The notes beneath the pieces are model-generated. The model saw only the letters and a program-made list of their open reading frames with translations, was not told the origin of the DNA and did not search any database. From contig NC_068992.1 in NCBI RefSeq assembly GCF_001194135.2, positions 58,925,384-58,983,793 on the forward strand: DNA of 58,410 nucleotides, in the 5' to 3' direction. A program made the translations under genes and the position numbers. Shown piece by piece: positions 39,250-52,905 of the stretch. Position 1 is the stretch's first letter. The number at the start of each line of letters is the position of its first letter. Origin of the DNA: Octopus bimaculoides. Taxonomy: Eukaryota.

Positions 39250-39365
39250 AATGCAGCGAGCTGGCAGAATCGTGAGCACGCCGGGAAAATTTTTTAGCGA
39301 CATTTCGTATGTCTTTTCGTTCTGAGTTCAAATTCCGCCGATGTTGACTTTGCCTTTCATCTTTT
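39250..39365 (+). mobile_element. SINE family A head fragment
   Basis: gcgagctggcagaatcg...ctgagttcaaattccgccgatgttgactttgcc. Confidence 0.8.
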
Positions 39366-40139
39366 CAAAATTTGAAACTACTCGTATTATTAATGACTTA
39401 CACTTAACAACAAAAAGCAAGATCAGCAAAATCTTTATCCTCAAAAATGCAATAGAGTATATAAACGGCCATCATTATGATGGAATTCTCTCATTTAACA
39501 CAAGGGGATACACACAATTTACATTTAAACCCTTTAGCACTTCATATGCAATTTAAGAATTACAAAACAAACCTGCTGCATCTTTTCTTAATGCTTTCCC
39601 GCACATGTCATCAAAGTGTGACTTAAAAATCTGACTATTATCGCCTGTCATTTTCTTTAAAAAACTTGTTTTGGCATCCAATCGCAATAGTTCAATAACC
39701 TGCATGTATGCTGTTGTTACTTGATCCGATGATGATCAGCTAATAAATTCATAGCATGAAAGGTCACTAAACCAACTAAAGTCTCAGCTGACGGATCAAG
39801 TCATTCCAACAGCATAGGCTCAAACACTAAAGTAGCACCGTATCGAATGAGACGGAAGAGAAAAGCACGTGCCTAGAATGCACGATTTGGTAAGTTACAT
39901 GAGATTGCTAGAAAAAAGTCCTCATAGATCATATGCAGTGACGTGGAAGACTTGATATACGTAACGTCCAAGACTAAAGAAGGAGAGCTAAAATATTACA
40001 TCGCTGCGTACGAGCATTTTGCCATCGTGCTGGAGATATAGAGAAGACTGTTCAAGTCCCATTATGGATTGTTTCCCAGGTCCTGGCACCATCAAAATTT
40101 TCTGCGTTAGAGATCTTGATTTCATGTGCAATGATGTTT

Positions 40140-40338
40140 GTGTGTCGAAGGTGAAGGCACAATTGTAGGTGAGTGTTAAGAAGTTTGCTTCCCAAACACA
40201 AGGTTTCGGTTCAATCCCATTGCGTGCCATCTTGGGAAGGTGTCTTCTACTATAGCCCCGGGCCGACCAAAGCCCTGTGAGTGGATTTGTAGATTTGCAG
40301 ATTTGATAGAGGGAAACTAAAAGAACACCATTGTATGC

Positions 40339-40345
<7 letters not shown>
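40140..40345 (+). mobile_element. SINE family B 5' half leading into long TG/TA array
   Basis: ggttcaatcccattgcgtgccatcttgggaaggtgtcttctactatagccccgggccgaccaaagcc. Confidence 0.75.
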
Positions 40346-40995
<650 letters not shown>

Positions 40996-41044
40996 TGTAT
41001 ATATTATTATTTCGGTTGAAAAACTTCGATAATACAAATATATT

Positions 41045-41562
41045 AATAGTTACCAGGCGCGCAGGCGGGGGAGATATGTAATAATTTACATATGGAAAAT
41101 ACTGGAAGGACTGGTACCAAACTTTGGTATCAAGTACTACACGAATGCTCGCACAGGTCGCCACTGCATAGTACCAAGCGTACCGTCTACTGCATCTCAC
41201 ATAAGAACAAGGTATTGCAACAGCCTCAGTTTCAGAGGACCTCAGATATTTAATGCCCTGCCAAAACAATTGAGTTACCTGCAAGACATGGATGTAGAGG
41301 TCTTCAAAACAAAATTCGACACTTTTCTATCCACGATACCAGATGAACCAATCACTCGAAATGAGACGCAGTTTAGGGCAGCGATGTCAATTTCTCTTAG
41401 ACACCAGATGTGCCATCGAAAGTCTTGATTGGACTACATCAGCTGGCGGAGAAAAGCCATGCTAGGAACGTGCAGAGAGCACAGCATAAGGGGCGAAAAG
41501 TCATGGTGGTGCTCCAGCAGGACCACAGCCACTTAGCTAAAACGCATCAATAAATAAATAAA
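41045..41562 (+). mobile_element. CR1-type LINE 3' end (ORF2 C-terminus, 3' UTR, (TAAA)n tail)
   Basis: 127 open codons ...RRGRYVIIYIWKILEGLVPNFGI...YCNSLSFRGPQIFNALPKQL...FKTKFDTFLSTIPDEP...* (stop 41426-41428), then UTR and aataaataaata. Confidence 0.85.
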
Positions 41563-41640
41563 TATATATGTATGTGTATATATATGTGTATATATATATA
41601 TACATGTATGTATATATCCCCTCGTATATGTGCTATATAC

Positions 41641-41683
<43 letters not shown>

Positions 41684-42471
41684 NNNNNNNNNNNNNNNNN
41701 NNNNNNNNNNNNNNNNNNNNNNNNNNNNNNNNNNNNNNNNNNNNNNNNNNNNNNNNNNNNNNNNNNNNNNNNNNNNNNNNNNNNNNNNNNNNNNNNNNNN
41801 NNNNNNNNNNNNNNNNNNNNNNNNNNNNNNNNNNNNNNNNNNNNNNNNNNNNNNNNNNNNNNNNNNNNNNNNNNNNNNNNNNNNNNNNNNNNNNNNNNNN
41901 NNNNNNNNNNNNNNNNNNNNNNNNNNNNNNNNNNNNNNNNNNNNNNNNNNNNNNNNNNNNNNNNNNNNNNNNNNNNNNNNNNNNNNNNNNNNNNNNNNNN
42001 NNNNNNNNNNNNNNNNNNNNNNNNNNNNNNNNNNNNNNNNNNNNNNNNNNNNNNNNNNNNNNNNNNNNNNNNNNNNNNNNNNNNNNNNNNNNNNNNNNNN
42101 NNNNNNNNNNNNNNNNNNNNNNNNNNNNNNNNNNNNNNNNNNNNNNNNNNNNNNNNNNNNNNNNNNNNNNNNNNNNNNNNNNNNNNNNNNNNNNNNNNNN
42201 NNNNNNNNNNNNNNNNNNNNNNNNNNNNNNNNNNNNNNNNNNNNNNNNNNNNNNNNNNNNNNNNNNNNNNNNNNNNNNNNNNNNNNNNNNNNNNNNNNNN
42301 NNNNNNNNNNNNNNNNNNNNNNNNNNNNNNNNNNNNNNNNNNNNNNNNNNNNNNNNNNNNNNNNNNNNNNNNNNNNNNNNNNNNNNNNNNNNNNNNNNNN
42401 NNNNNNNNNNNNNNNNNNNNNNNNNNNNNNNNNNNNNNNNNNNNNNNNNNNNNNNNNNGAGAGAAAGATAG

Positions 42472-42523
<52 letters not shown>

Positions 42524-42759
42524 CTATGTGTGTGTATTTATGTTTCCTCAACCCTCAGCGCTTGACAAATGGTGTTGCTTTCTTTACGTACGAGTAACAA
42601 ACCCGTTTTATTTCCAACGCTTAGGTAAACTCTAATTTATAGCAAAAGAAAGTTACATGAGATGCTGCGCAGCGGGATCGAACGTGGGAACTTCTGATTG
42701 CGAAATATTTGTTCACACGTTCAGCCATCTTACGTTCGCAAAAAGGCAGAGACTCATAT

Positions 42760-43300
42760 TTGTCTGTTTGTCTGCGCGTGTTCGTGCGTAAGTGTGTGTG
42801 CATCTGTATATACGTGCGTAGGTGGGTAGCTGAGGGAGGGACTGGGTGTGTCCGTATACGTGTGTATATGCATCTGTGTGTGCGCATGCACGTGCATGAT
42901 TACGAGTTCGTGTATGTGTGTCGAGATGCCTCCGTGTATGTGTGTGCTCGTATGTGTGTGCTCGTGTGCATGTGGCTGCGTGTGTATGCGCGGACATGCA
43001 TGAGTACGTGTATGTGCATGTCTGTATATGGGCTCCTGTGTGCGTGTGTGTACGTGTGTGTATGCGAGACTAAGACTGTGTGTGCACACGTACGTATGTG
43101 CGAGTGTGTGCGTATTTCTGTTTATGTCTTTTTTATGCGTGTGTGTTTTGTATGTGCGTGTGTGCTTGTGAGTGTGTGTGTGTTTATATGTGTATGTGTG
43201 TGTATTTGGGTATGTGCGTGTGTGNNNNNNNNNNTGTGTGTGTATTTGGGTATGTGCGTGTGTGTGTATAAGTATGTGTTTGTGTATGTATGTGTGCCTG
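42760..43300. repeat. Degenerate (TG)n array
   Basis: Directly visible. Confidence 0.9.
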
Positions 43301-43657
43301 TATCTGTGAGACAATAGCTATTTAGGACGTGTCTCTTCATCGGTGAAGTAAAATTGATTCAAATACACGGTGACACAAATTGCTATATCAATGTAACGTT
43401 AACAAAAACATGAATATTTAACAAGAAATATGAATATCAATTTACAGTTTGCAACCCACTGTTTCTCTGCTAATTCTTTGTCTACAGATTTATTTCCGTT
43501 TTGTTTTTTAACCCATAATATCTATTTTCACTAAAGAAGTGTACTGTTTTAAAGACAATAAAACTGAACATAGAAAGAACAAGTCAAGTATTCAGGCAAA
43601 TACATTTACACACACGCGCACGCGTATGCAGACGCACCTATACTCACACATGCACAC

Positions 43658-43688
<31 letters not shown>

Positions 43689-43779
43689 ATATTGTTCAAA
43701 AAAATATATATAAATAAACAGAATTCTCACATCACCAAAAAGGAACACTCTACGTATCCGACAAAGCAAAGGGAATGAA

Positions 43780-44042
43780 GTTTATCTGTATATATCTTCA
43801 TCAAAGAAGCGGGAATACTTCCGGGTTGTTTTTGGTACACCTGTGGAGACAGGAATAAAAATTCAGTATTGAATATATTCCGTGTATATATTTGATTAAT
43901 AAATTCAAAAAAGGATAAAAATCGTTTACAAGAATTTTATCAGGAAGCCAGTGTGTAAAATTTTTATTCCTGTCTCCACACATGTACCAAAAACAACCCA
44001 GAAGTATTCCCGCTTCTTTGATGAAGATACATACAGATAAAC
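43780..44042. mobile_element. Foldback element: 84-bp inverted arms, 95-bp spacer, flanked by 17-bp direct repeat
   Basis: 43780-43863 vs reverse complement of 43959-44042 = 80/84 identical; AAGCAAAGGGAATGAAG at 43764-43780 and 44044-44060. Confidence 0.85.
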
Positions 44043-44979
44043 CAAGCAAAGGGAATGAAGAGTTTTTGATTACGAGAGTATACACACACACACACACATA
44101 CACATACACACATATATATATCTAAACACAAACACATATATACATGTACACTTATACATACACACACCCATAGATATATGTGTATACGCGCGTGGGTTGT
44201 ACTGGTGATCTTTATAAAAATAAAATTGTTAATCGTAAATTTAATACACCGTAAAGTTGTATCCAGTACCAATATATTTTACCATAACGGTAGTGACAAT
44301 GCAAACGCGAATACTGGGAATAAAACGAAGACTTGGAACGACACAAGAACTACCATCTGTTACAGCACTTACGAAAATTAAAACTATAGAAAATAAAAAC
44401 GAAAATATTTCTTCATTACTAAACCAGACTAATTACTACTAAATGAAGAAATAGGAAAAAAAATTATAAATCAAAAGCTGCAGCTGCACCAAATTTGACA
44501 CGAATAATGAGAGGACACCATTTGTGTATGTTTTAAAAAATGTGACTGCGAGCTTAAAGAAAGTGAATGAACTATAGCTATACTCATGGGAAATTCTGCT
44601 ATGCTAAATCAAATAGAGCAATTATTTTTTGTAAATCTCAGAGAACATACACAGATGTCCGATGAATTTGACCTGTATAAAATAACACTTCATAAATCCT
44701 ATTGTCTTATAAACGTCAATGACAAAATAAAATGGAGTTCCTGGAGAACAGATGCTCATGTAGCCATGTATTGTTGTTTGTACCTGTTGAAATGCCACTT
44801 AAGCAAGACAAGATATAGCAATTAGGCAATTTTTTTTTTTGGCAACATGTAAATAACGTACGTAAAGTAAGAATACGTACAGCTTCAATATATGTAAAGT
44901 TTCTCCCGCCATTACGCAAAGCTACAAGAAATAATAAACACAGGACCCCATTTGATATTCTTTCTCTTAAAGGTACAAA

Positions 44980-45578
44980 GATTGAAATATTGGGGGAGGG
45001 GGCAAGTAAATTGTATCGATATTTGTGCTCAAATTGCAATATTTTATCGGCCCCGAGAGCGTGAAAAGCAGAGTCTGCTTCGATAGAATTTTGAACTCAG
45101 AACGTAAAAATGGACAAAATGTTGCCAAACATTCGGCTCGGTTTGTTAACGATTCTGCCAGGTCACTGCATTTTATTGATTTTGGCACAAGGTCAGCATT
45201 CTTGAGGGGAAGGAGTTGGTCGATTACCTCGGTTCAAGTGCACAACTGGTACTTCTTTTTAGCAACCACAAAAGGATGAAATGCAAAATCGATCTCAGCG
45301 AAATCTGAACGAAAATAGCTGGAAATAATTTACAAGCATTTTGTCTGATTCGCTAACGTTTCTTATTTCTTTCTTGCCCACAAGGGGCTAAACATAGAGG
45401 GGACAAACAAGGACAGACAAAGGGATTAAGTCGATTACATCGACCCTAGTGCATCGACCTCGAAAGGATGAAAGGCAAAGTCGACCTCGGCGAAATTTGA
45501 ACTCAGAACGTAACGCAGACGAAATACCGCTAAGCATTTCGCCGGCGTACTAACATTTCTGCCAGCTCGATGCCTTAA
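44980..45578 (-). mobile_element. Three head-to-tail SINE family A copies
   Basis: Units start near 44980, 45180 and 45370. Confidence 0.82.
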
Positions 45579-46254
45579 ATAATTCCTTTTGATAAAACTT
45601 CTGTAATGTAACAATTACACATCTGAAAGCCAATGATAACTGAATAATCAAGCAACATTCTCACCATCACAGATCTTTGACAGATCTTTGCAGATGTAAT
45701 CAAACCATAAGCTCGTCTCTTAATTAGTATATTAAATATCATTTCNNNNNNNNNNNNNNNNNNNNNNNNNNNNNNNNNNNNNNNNNNNNNNNNNNNNNNN
45801 NNNNNNNNNNNNNNNNNNNNNNNNNNNNNNNNNNNNNNNNNNNNNNNNNNNNNNNNNNNNNNNNNNNNNNNNNNNNNNNNNNNNNNNNNNNNNNNNNNNN
45901 NNNNNNNNNNNNNNNNNNNNNNNNNNNNNNNNNNNNNNNNNNNNNNNNNNNNNNNNNNNNNNNNNNNNNNNNNNNNNNNNNNNNNNNNNNNNNNNNNNNN
46001 NNNNNNNNNNNNNNNNNNNNNNNNNNNNNNNNNNNNNNNNNNNNNNNNNNNNNNNNNNNNNNNNNNNNNNNNNNNNNNNNNNNNNNNNNNNNNNNNNNNN
46101 NNNNNNNNNNNNNNNNNNNNNNNNNNNNNNNNNNNNNNNNNNNNNNNNNNNNNNNNNNNNNNNNNNNNNNNNNNNNNNNNNNNNNNNNNNNNNNNNNNNN
46201 NNNNNNNNNNNNNNNNNNNNNNNNNNNNNNNNNNNNNNNNNNNNNNNNNNNATA

Positions 46255-46550
46255 TATACATACGACGAGCTTCTTTTCAGTTTCCGTCTACCAAATTCGC
46301 TCACAAAGCTTTAGTCGGTCCGAAGCTATAGTAGACACTTGCCGGAGGTTTCACTCAGTTGGATTCTAACCGAAATCGTGTGGTTGGGAAGCAAACGTCT
46401 TACCACACGGCCAAGGCATTTGTGTACTGAATTCACTCAGAAGGCAATAATCGGCGCACATAGCTTGAGCATGTGGTATAACACAGTGGAACTAAACCTG
46501 AAATCACGTGGCTGCAAAGCGAATTTCTTAACTACTAGGTTACGCCTGCC
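46255..46550 (-). mobile_element. SINE family B 5' halves
   Basis: cttcttttcagtttccgtctaccaaatt...gggaagcaaacgtcttaccacac. Confidence 0.75.
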
Positions 46551-47129
46551 GAAATACACATAAAAAACAACCATCATGAAATGTCATTGTGGAGTACGTT
46601 TTTGAGGATATCACATCCTTCATTCTGTTGTCACACACAAAATCATTCTGTACCTTTAAGAATAACTTAATACAGTGATAGGTACAGCATAGTCGCCCAC
46701 CAGATGTCACGAATCACAGTATTAATATTAGAGGAATGCTTCGAAAATACAGAAGCATTATTAAGGGAACTGAATCGGCATAGAAATATTTCCGTTTGAA
46801 TGACTCTAATCTTCCAAACCTCAGATAGCCACAGGACTATATTTTCTGGAGAATGTCACAACACCGAAGATATGCAGAATCTATGCTTGACCTCAGTGAA
46901 TTAAATTATTCTCTACCCAGCCAGAATTAATAACACTCAAGATCAACGTTTTAAAAACAGTGCATACTTTATTCATAATGTGAAGGTCAAAAATAACATG
47001 AATTAACAATGTGCGATTATTTTAATCTATTGCTCAACGCCTCGCAAAACGGAGTTCAGATATTTGCAGGCAAAATTTCTACAAGGTGGGCTGGAAATCA
47101 CTTCAGAGAGAAACCCACACAATGAATTT

Positions 47130-47262
47130 GCTCATGCATGGATGTGTGGTAAAAAAGTTAGCTTCCCACCGCCTGGCACCGTAACCAAGTATCGGCTCCC
47201 GGTCGACCAGAGCCTTGTGAGCGAATTTGGTAGAATAGAAGCTGAAAGATTCCGGTCGTGTA

Positions 47263-47305
<43 letters not shown>

Positions 47306-47480
47306 GTGTATGTATAGATATACATATGTGTGTGTGAGAGCGCTGATGTGCCTTTGTATTTATATTGTGTTTGTCCCCTACTGCTGCTTGACAACAGGTG
47401 TTGGTTTGTTGACATTGACGAAGCTTAGTGGTTGGGCAAAGGTGACGACAGAATAAGTACCAGACTTTAAAAAATAAGTG
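47130..47480 (+). mobile_element. SINE family B with (TG)n
   Basis: gaccagagccttgtgagcgaatttggtag...tttgtcccc...gcttgacaac. Confidence 0.75.
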
Positions 47481-49077
47481 GTGCTATCAAGTAACTAGAT
47501 AAAAAGGGTGTAGCCCCCTAAGGATATTCATGCTGACAGAGTTACTACATTAGGGGATGACGCTCCAGTTTTATCTAGAGTGCAAAAGTGGGCAGCTGTA
47601 TTTAGGAGAGGAAAGTTTGAATGTCCTGAAACTGCCACCACCAAGGAAAACATTGTGTCCACCACATGGTGATGGATGACAGATGACTGACAATAAATCA
47701 AATGGTCAAGACTATTACTATATCCCAGAGAACAAATGATTGGCTGCTTGAAAATAACAAGAGACCACATGGACCCTGATACAGAAATTGTCTTCATTTG
47801 TCTAAAGGTTTTCCCTCAGCCTTTTTCTCACAATGTCGAACTTACTCTGAACTCGAAGCAATTCAATGGCTCTCCACTACGAAGGTCGTCTATAAATTGA
47901 AATTAAACTCCTGTCACTGATTGAACGTTTTTGAATATCTGCCCTGCGGTGAAGTAAAAACAGTTATTCAGTAATATATATATTTCGAAGATCTTGGAGT
48001 GACCGGTACTAAACTATATTATTAAACCCAAGGCAAATCTCTGATCTGGATGCCAAAGTTATCCGCCCCGCCCCCGTATTCTATCAAATGTTACAACAAC
48101 TTTGAATTCAAAGGAGCCATGCTTTTCTCACAGGGCATCAGGAATGTGCATGTAGTAAATTACTACAAATCTAAAGAACATTTGGATATTTTAGTGTGAA
48201 AGATCCTTGAAAAACCAGCATCATTAGAAGAGATTCATTGTTGGGGCAGCAGCATCAACGTCCTTCATTCTTCATTCACCAAATCGTAAGCATAAAGATA
48301 ATACAAGACTCTATACCATCTATTCAGCGCAATTAACTTGGTTTGATGAAGGTTTCCGCTCGGTGTCTTCTGACACCTGACTAAAATCGCACCAGGTTGA
48401 TCACACCACGGGGAAGTCTGACATTGTTTGAGGCAGATTCAGCTGGTTTCTTAAACGCTTCTTAAGCTAGAATGACTGTTGGATTCATCACTTTGAGCCA
48501 GAGACAAAGAAACAATTTGTGCAGTGGAAACAGCCCTCTTTGACCTGCTCCAAAGAAGGCCAAGGTCGTTTCATCTGCAAGGAAGGTGATGGCCTCAGTT
48601 TTTTTGGGGGTTTTTTTGAGATGCAAAAGTACTATGCCAACTTGGTGAGGCAGTTACGGAAGGCTATTAAGACCAAACACCCAGAACACTGATGAAAGTG
48701 GTCTTGTTTCATCAGGACAGTACTCGAGTACACAAGTCCTTGGTTTCAATGGCTGCTGCGCGTGACTATGGCATTGAGTTGACTGAATACCACAACCTCT
48801 CTAATCTCCTGATCTGGCCACATCTGATTATCATCTATTTCCCAGCACGAAAGAAGAACCAGTATCGCAATGATGTTGATGTCATATCTACTGTTGATTG
48901 CTTTTTTTTTTTTACCAAAAGGAGGAAAAGTCTTTAACCAATGGGACCTAAGCACTACATCGATGGAAGGTGTATGTGTGAACTGGAAGGGGGACTATGT
49001 TTTAAAATAAACCCTATTTGGTCACATTCCATGAGAGTATCTTGGTCTGCCTATGATCTTTTCAACCGAATATCGTA
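47481..49077 (+). mobile_element. Mariner-type (DD34D-like) transposon fossil, split by CR1 insertion
   Basis: KGVAPKDIHAD..TTLGDDAP...VQKWAAVFRRG; WIHHFEPETKKQFVQWK; PKKAKVVSSARKVMASVF; FHQDSTRVHKS; SPDLATSDYHLFP; right terminus ...atcttttcaaccgaatatcg|TA. Confidence 0.88.
47750..48300 (+). mobile_element. Degenerate CR1-type LINE fragment inserted into a mariner
   Basis: Nucleotide similarity to the 41-kb CR1 segment (e.g. aacaactttgaattcaaaggagcc, gggcagcagcatcaac); 47750-47890 also matches 49975-50100. Confidence 0.55.
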
Positions 49078-49739
49078 ATTAGCATAGTTTATGAAAATTA
49101 CTTGCGAAGTAATATTCAATACTGGTGATTGAATAATAAAATGTCCATTCACCCGTTGTCGGAAGAATTTATCGTGGTTTATGTCACTTGTTATATGATT
49201 TCAACAGAATTAGAAAGTTACAAGTGTAATAGTGCAATTTTCTATGGCAAGTAAAGAAACATAAAAGTGTCGAGAAATTTAACTCAGCGTCTTGGAGACT
49301 ATTTTGGTATGTCATTACAGTTTGTAATTGATCTTCTAGATGTAACTTCAGTTACTAGAGAAACCACTACCAGCAGTTATGATTATATTGCCAGAATATG
49401 GAAAACACTGAAAAGCAATGATAATGTCTACAAATTACTGAAAATTCTTAAGGCCATTTATAAGTAAGATGATAGAAGTAACATCTAATGGTTATTTGCA
49501 CATAGCCATCATCCCTTTAACGCCAGCGTTTCTCATGGGTGGAGGGCAATTTCCTCGGGGACGGAGGTCTTCGAGAACATAAAATTAGCGGACAGATTGC
49601 CATGTTTAATAAATTTAAGGATGTTTTACACTTTTTAAACTTAGCCAATGCTATGGTGAAGAAAGAAAGAATTGGATGCAAACTTTACTTAATGTTGCCC
49701 TTATTATAATGTGAGGCAGGCAAAATCTTCTTTAATATT

Positions 49740-50100
49740 TTATAGATAGAAGCTGGTATTTGTCACCTTCACCTGGGTGGTCACTGCTGTCATGCACTAC
49801 TACCTGGACACACACCTATGAGAGATTGTAATACTAGATTGGAGCTTGTATGAGACCTGGTAATTATCATAAATATAGTCACATCTTTCCTGGTCCATAT
49901 TTTAAGTTTCTATATCTAGAGATGGTAACAGGGTGAAAATGACTGGCTCCTTGAATTCCTGAGAATATTTCTAACAAAAGAACAAGAGATTACATGGATC
50001 CTGTAACAGAAATGGCTTTTCCCCTCAGCTATGTTTTCATAGTGTCGAACTCACTCTCAATTCGAAGCAATTCAATGGCCCTCCACTATCAAGATCTTCT
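49740..50100 (+). mobile_element. Degenerate CR1-type LINE fragment
   Basis: Shares about 130 bp with 47750-47890; stops in all frames. Confidence 0.45.
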
Positions 50101-50103
50101 ATT

Positions 50104-50320
50104 GTTTTCTACTCTAGGTACAAGGCCCGAAATGTTTGGGGAAGGGGCCAGTCGATTATATCGACGATAGTACGCAACTGGTACTTAATTTATCTACCCC
50201 GAAAGAATGAAAAGCAAGGTCGACCTCGGGGGAATTTGAACTCAGAATGTAAGGACAGACGAAATACCGCTAAGCGTTTCTGCCCGGCGTGCTGAAGTCT
50301 CTGCCAGCTCGCCCCCTTAG
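50104..50320 (-). mobile_element. SINE family A, full length
   Basis: Close match to 10692-10905. Confidence 0.88.
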
Positions 50321-50439
50321 ATCTTCTATATATTGCAATTAAATTTCTATCACAGATTGAACGCTTTCGAATGTCCGACCTGCAGGGAAGTTGAAACGTT
50401 TATTCAGCAATATGTATATTTCGGTGCCAAAGTTATGCT

Positions 50440-50493
50440 ATTGATAATTAAAGTACAATTGATAATTAAAGTACAATTGATAATTAAAGTACA
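50440..50493. repeat. 18-bp tandem repeat (ATTGATAATTAAAGTACA) x3
   Basis: Three exact units. Confidence 0.95.
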
Positions 50494-52289
50494 CTTTCCC
50501 AATTCACTAAGAAGCTATCATATACTTGTTTATATTTTTAGTAAAATAATTGCTGAATGAGATAAATACCTGTTTCTGGATCAATAGAAGCAATAATTGT
50601 TTCCGATTCGGAGCTGAAGTGAACAACCTACCCTTAATGTTGTGCTTTTAGTTTTCCTATTTTTGCTTGGTGATATATAAAAGCCCTAGGAACGGGAATA
50701 AAACTCCGTAAAACAGCATATTTCTAGCAAAACAGTCTTGTGCATTCCACATATGTTTTCAATTATGATCATAGCATTGTTTTCCTGTTCGAATCCAAAT
50801 GAGAAATACTAGATTATTTCTTCATCAGACGTCAATTGAAAGTAAATTGTAACTATTCTTTTCACAAGCCAATGAGTGGTCATAGTTTTAGTCTCTGAAT
50901 AGATATGGCAGCTAATTCTGCTTCAAATCGCACCCTATCATCTTACAAGAAGGATTACTGTATGTCTAGATACACTATTCAGCCTTAAAATAAAAGTTGC
51001 AGTTGGAAGACATTGCATTATAAATCTGCTCAGGATGACCAAAGCTAAACAGCAACAACAATAACAAATTCAACAACACTTATAACAGCAACAATAATAA
51101 CCGATTCTTTCTTCAAAATCTCTTCGCATCCTCTAAACGCCATTTAATGGCCTGCATAAAATTACATCACATTTTGCAATCCAGGTTAATTTCTCAAATC
51201 GGGATATCTTTACGGATGACCTGTTGAATTTTTCAGTAATGCTAGCAACACCCACTGCGTTATTCGAGCATGACAGTAGTTTCACAGGAGCTCAACAAAT
51301 TTCCTTCCTTTTGCAGATCCAATTCGTTATCAAATATAGAATTATTGATTTACTATCAAAATTGACTTCCTATCGCATGCTGTGTCATTCCCACGAATAT
51401 TATTTAGTTACTGTTGGTTTTAGACGAACGAAATCTGATATATAAACTCAATACTTTACACTGTGAAATGACGTTAACTTCACACACAAATTAATGTGCG
51501 GTAAGAGAGAGAAAGAGAGAGAAAGAAAGAAATAGAGAGAGAGGGGGACAGAAAGAGAGAAAGCGAGACAGAGAGAGAGAGAGAATATTACTGATATCAT
51601 TCACATCATTTTTCAACACCAGAGGATTAATTCACTCAACGAATTCAAGCGCATAATTTTACTGCACCAAAATTTTGGAAGTATAACGATAGATATCGTG
51701 AAAAGAAATGATTCAAGAACTTTCTGTACATGACAAGCAATAATTGTCAACCATTATTTTCACTTCTTTCACTTTACTTTGTTACCTCCCACTATATTCT
51801 TTAATCTATGCTTCTTAGTATTTGCGTATTTGCTTCCATTACTAAAAGATTTATTCCGCTGCTTTGTTTAATTTTTACTAACTTCTACGTTACCCCCCAA
51901 CTTGACATTATGATTTAAATGTCTTTTTACGTAGTCGATCTTCAAATACATTCAGTAACTCTCAATCTAATTCTATCACCAAAAATGTAACTAGCGCTGG
52001 CTTTTGTACATGACAGGCATACTATATTACTAGCGTGAATGCAAAGAAGAGATATTTAATTTGATATGCTAGCTGCAAGCATTCAGTGTCCCAAGTAGCA
52101 GTTTGAAATAGATCATTCAGCCACGATAATTTAGATAGCAATGCAGCATTATAAAATATATCAAAATATTGTGATTATCTATCTACCACCTTATGTAATG
52201 TATGCAATGTGATTCAAGCAGGGTTTAACTCCATAGTAAAGATATCTCAAACATCTCTACGCATCTTCTTACTCCAGCATTAATATTCG

Positions 52290-52905
52290 TTTCAAATTTT
52301 GGCACAAGGCCAGAAATTTCAGGGGCGGACCAAGTTGATTACAGCGACCTCACTTCTCAAACAGTTTTTATTTTTCCGACCTCAAAAGGATGAAAGGCAA
52401 AGTCGATATCCGCGGAAATTAACTTAGAAGGTAAAGATGGACGAAATACCGCTAAGCATTTTGTCAAGTATGCTAACGAGTTTGCTACTAGCTCACCACC
52501 TTTACTCAAACATTTAATTTTGGTTTCGAGTTTTAGCACAAGGCCTGAAAATTCGTGAGAGAGAATTAGTCGATTGTTTTCAAATTTTGGCGCAAGGCCA
52601 GCAATTTGAGAGGAGGGGATAAGTCGATTACGTCGACTCCAGTGCTCAACTGGTACCTATTTTATCGACCCCGATAAGATGAAAGGCAAAGTCGGACCTC
52701 CAGCATTAATATTGGTTTCAAATAAGGTAGCGAGCTGGCAGAATCGTTAGCGCGCCGGACAAAATACTTTGCAGCTTTTCATCCGCATGAGTTCAAATTC
52801 CGCCGAAGTCGATTTTGCTTTTCTCCTTTCGAGGACGATAAACTAAGTATCATTTGAACACCTTCCCTGGAATTGCTAGCCTTCTGCTGCTAAAATTTGA
52901 AACCA
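52290..52905. mobile_element. SINE family A cluster (three minus, one plus)
   Basis: Minus block bounded by 26-bp near-identical direct repeat at 52272-52297 and 52698-52723. Confidence 0.8.

Noticed and set aside
49267-49467. 66-aa plus-strand ORF
   Set aside because: IWKTLKS...KLLKILKAIY resembles a decayed RTE RT segment rather than a host exon; too weak to list as a feature.
50795-50830. Minus-strand CTGATGA followed by a 7-bp stem (hammerhead-like)
   Set aside because: No GAAA after the stem.
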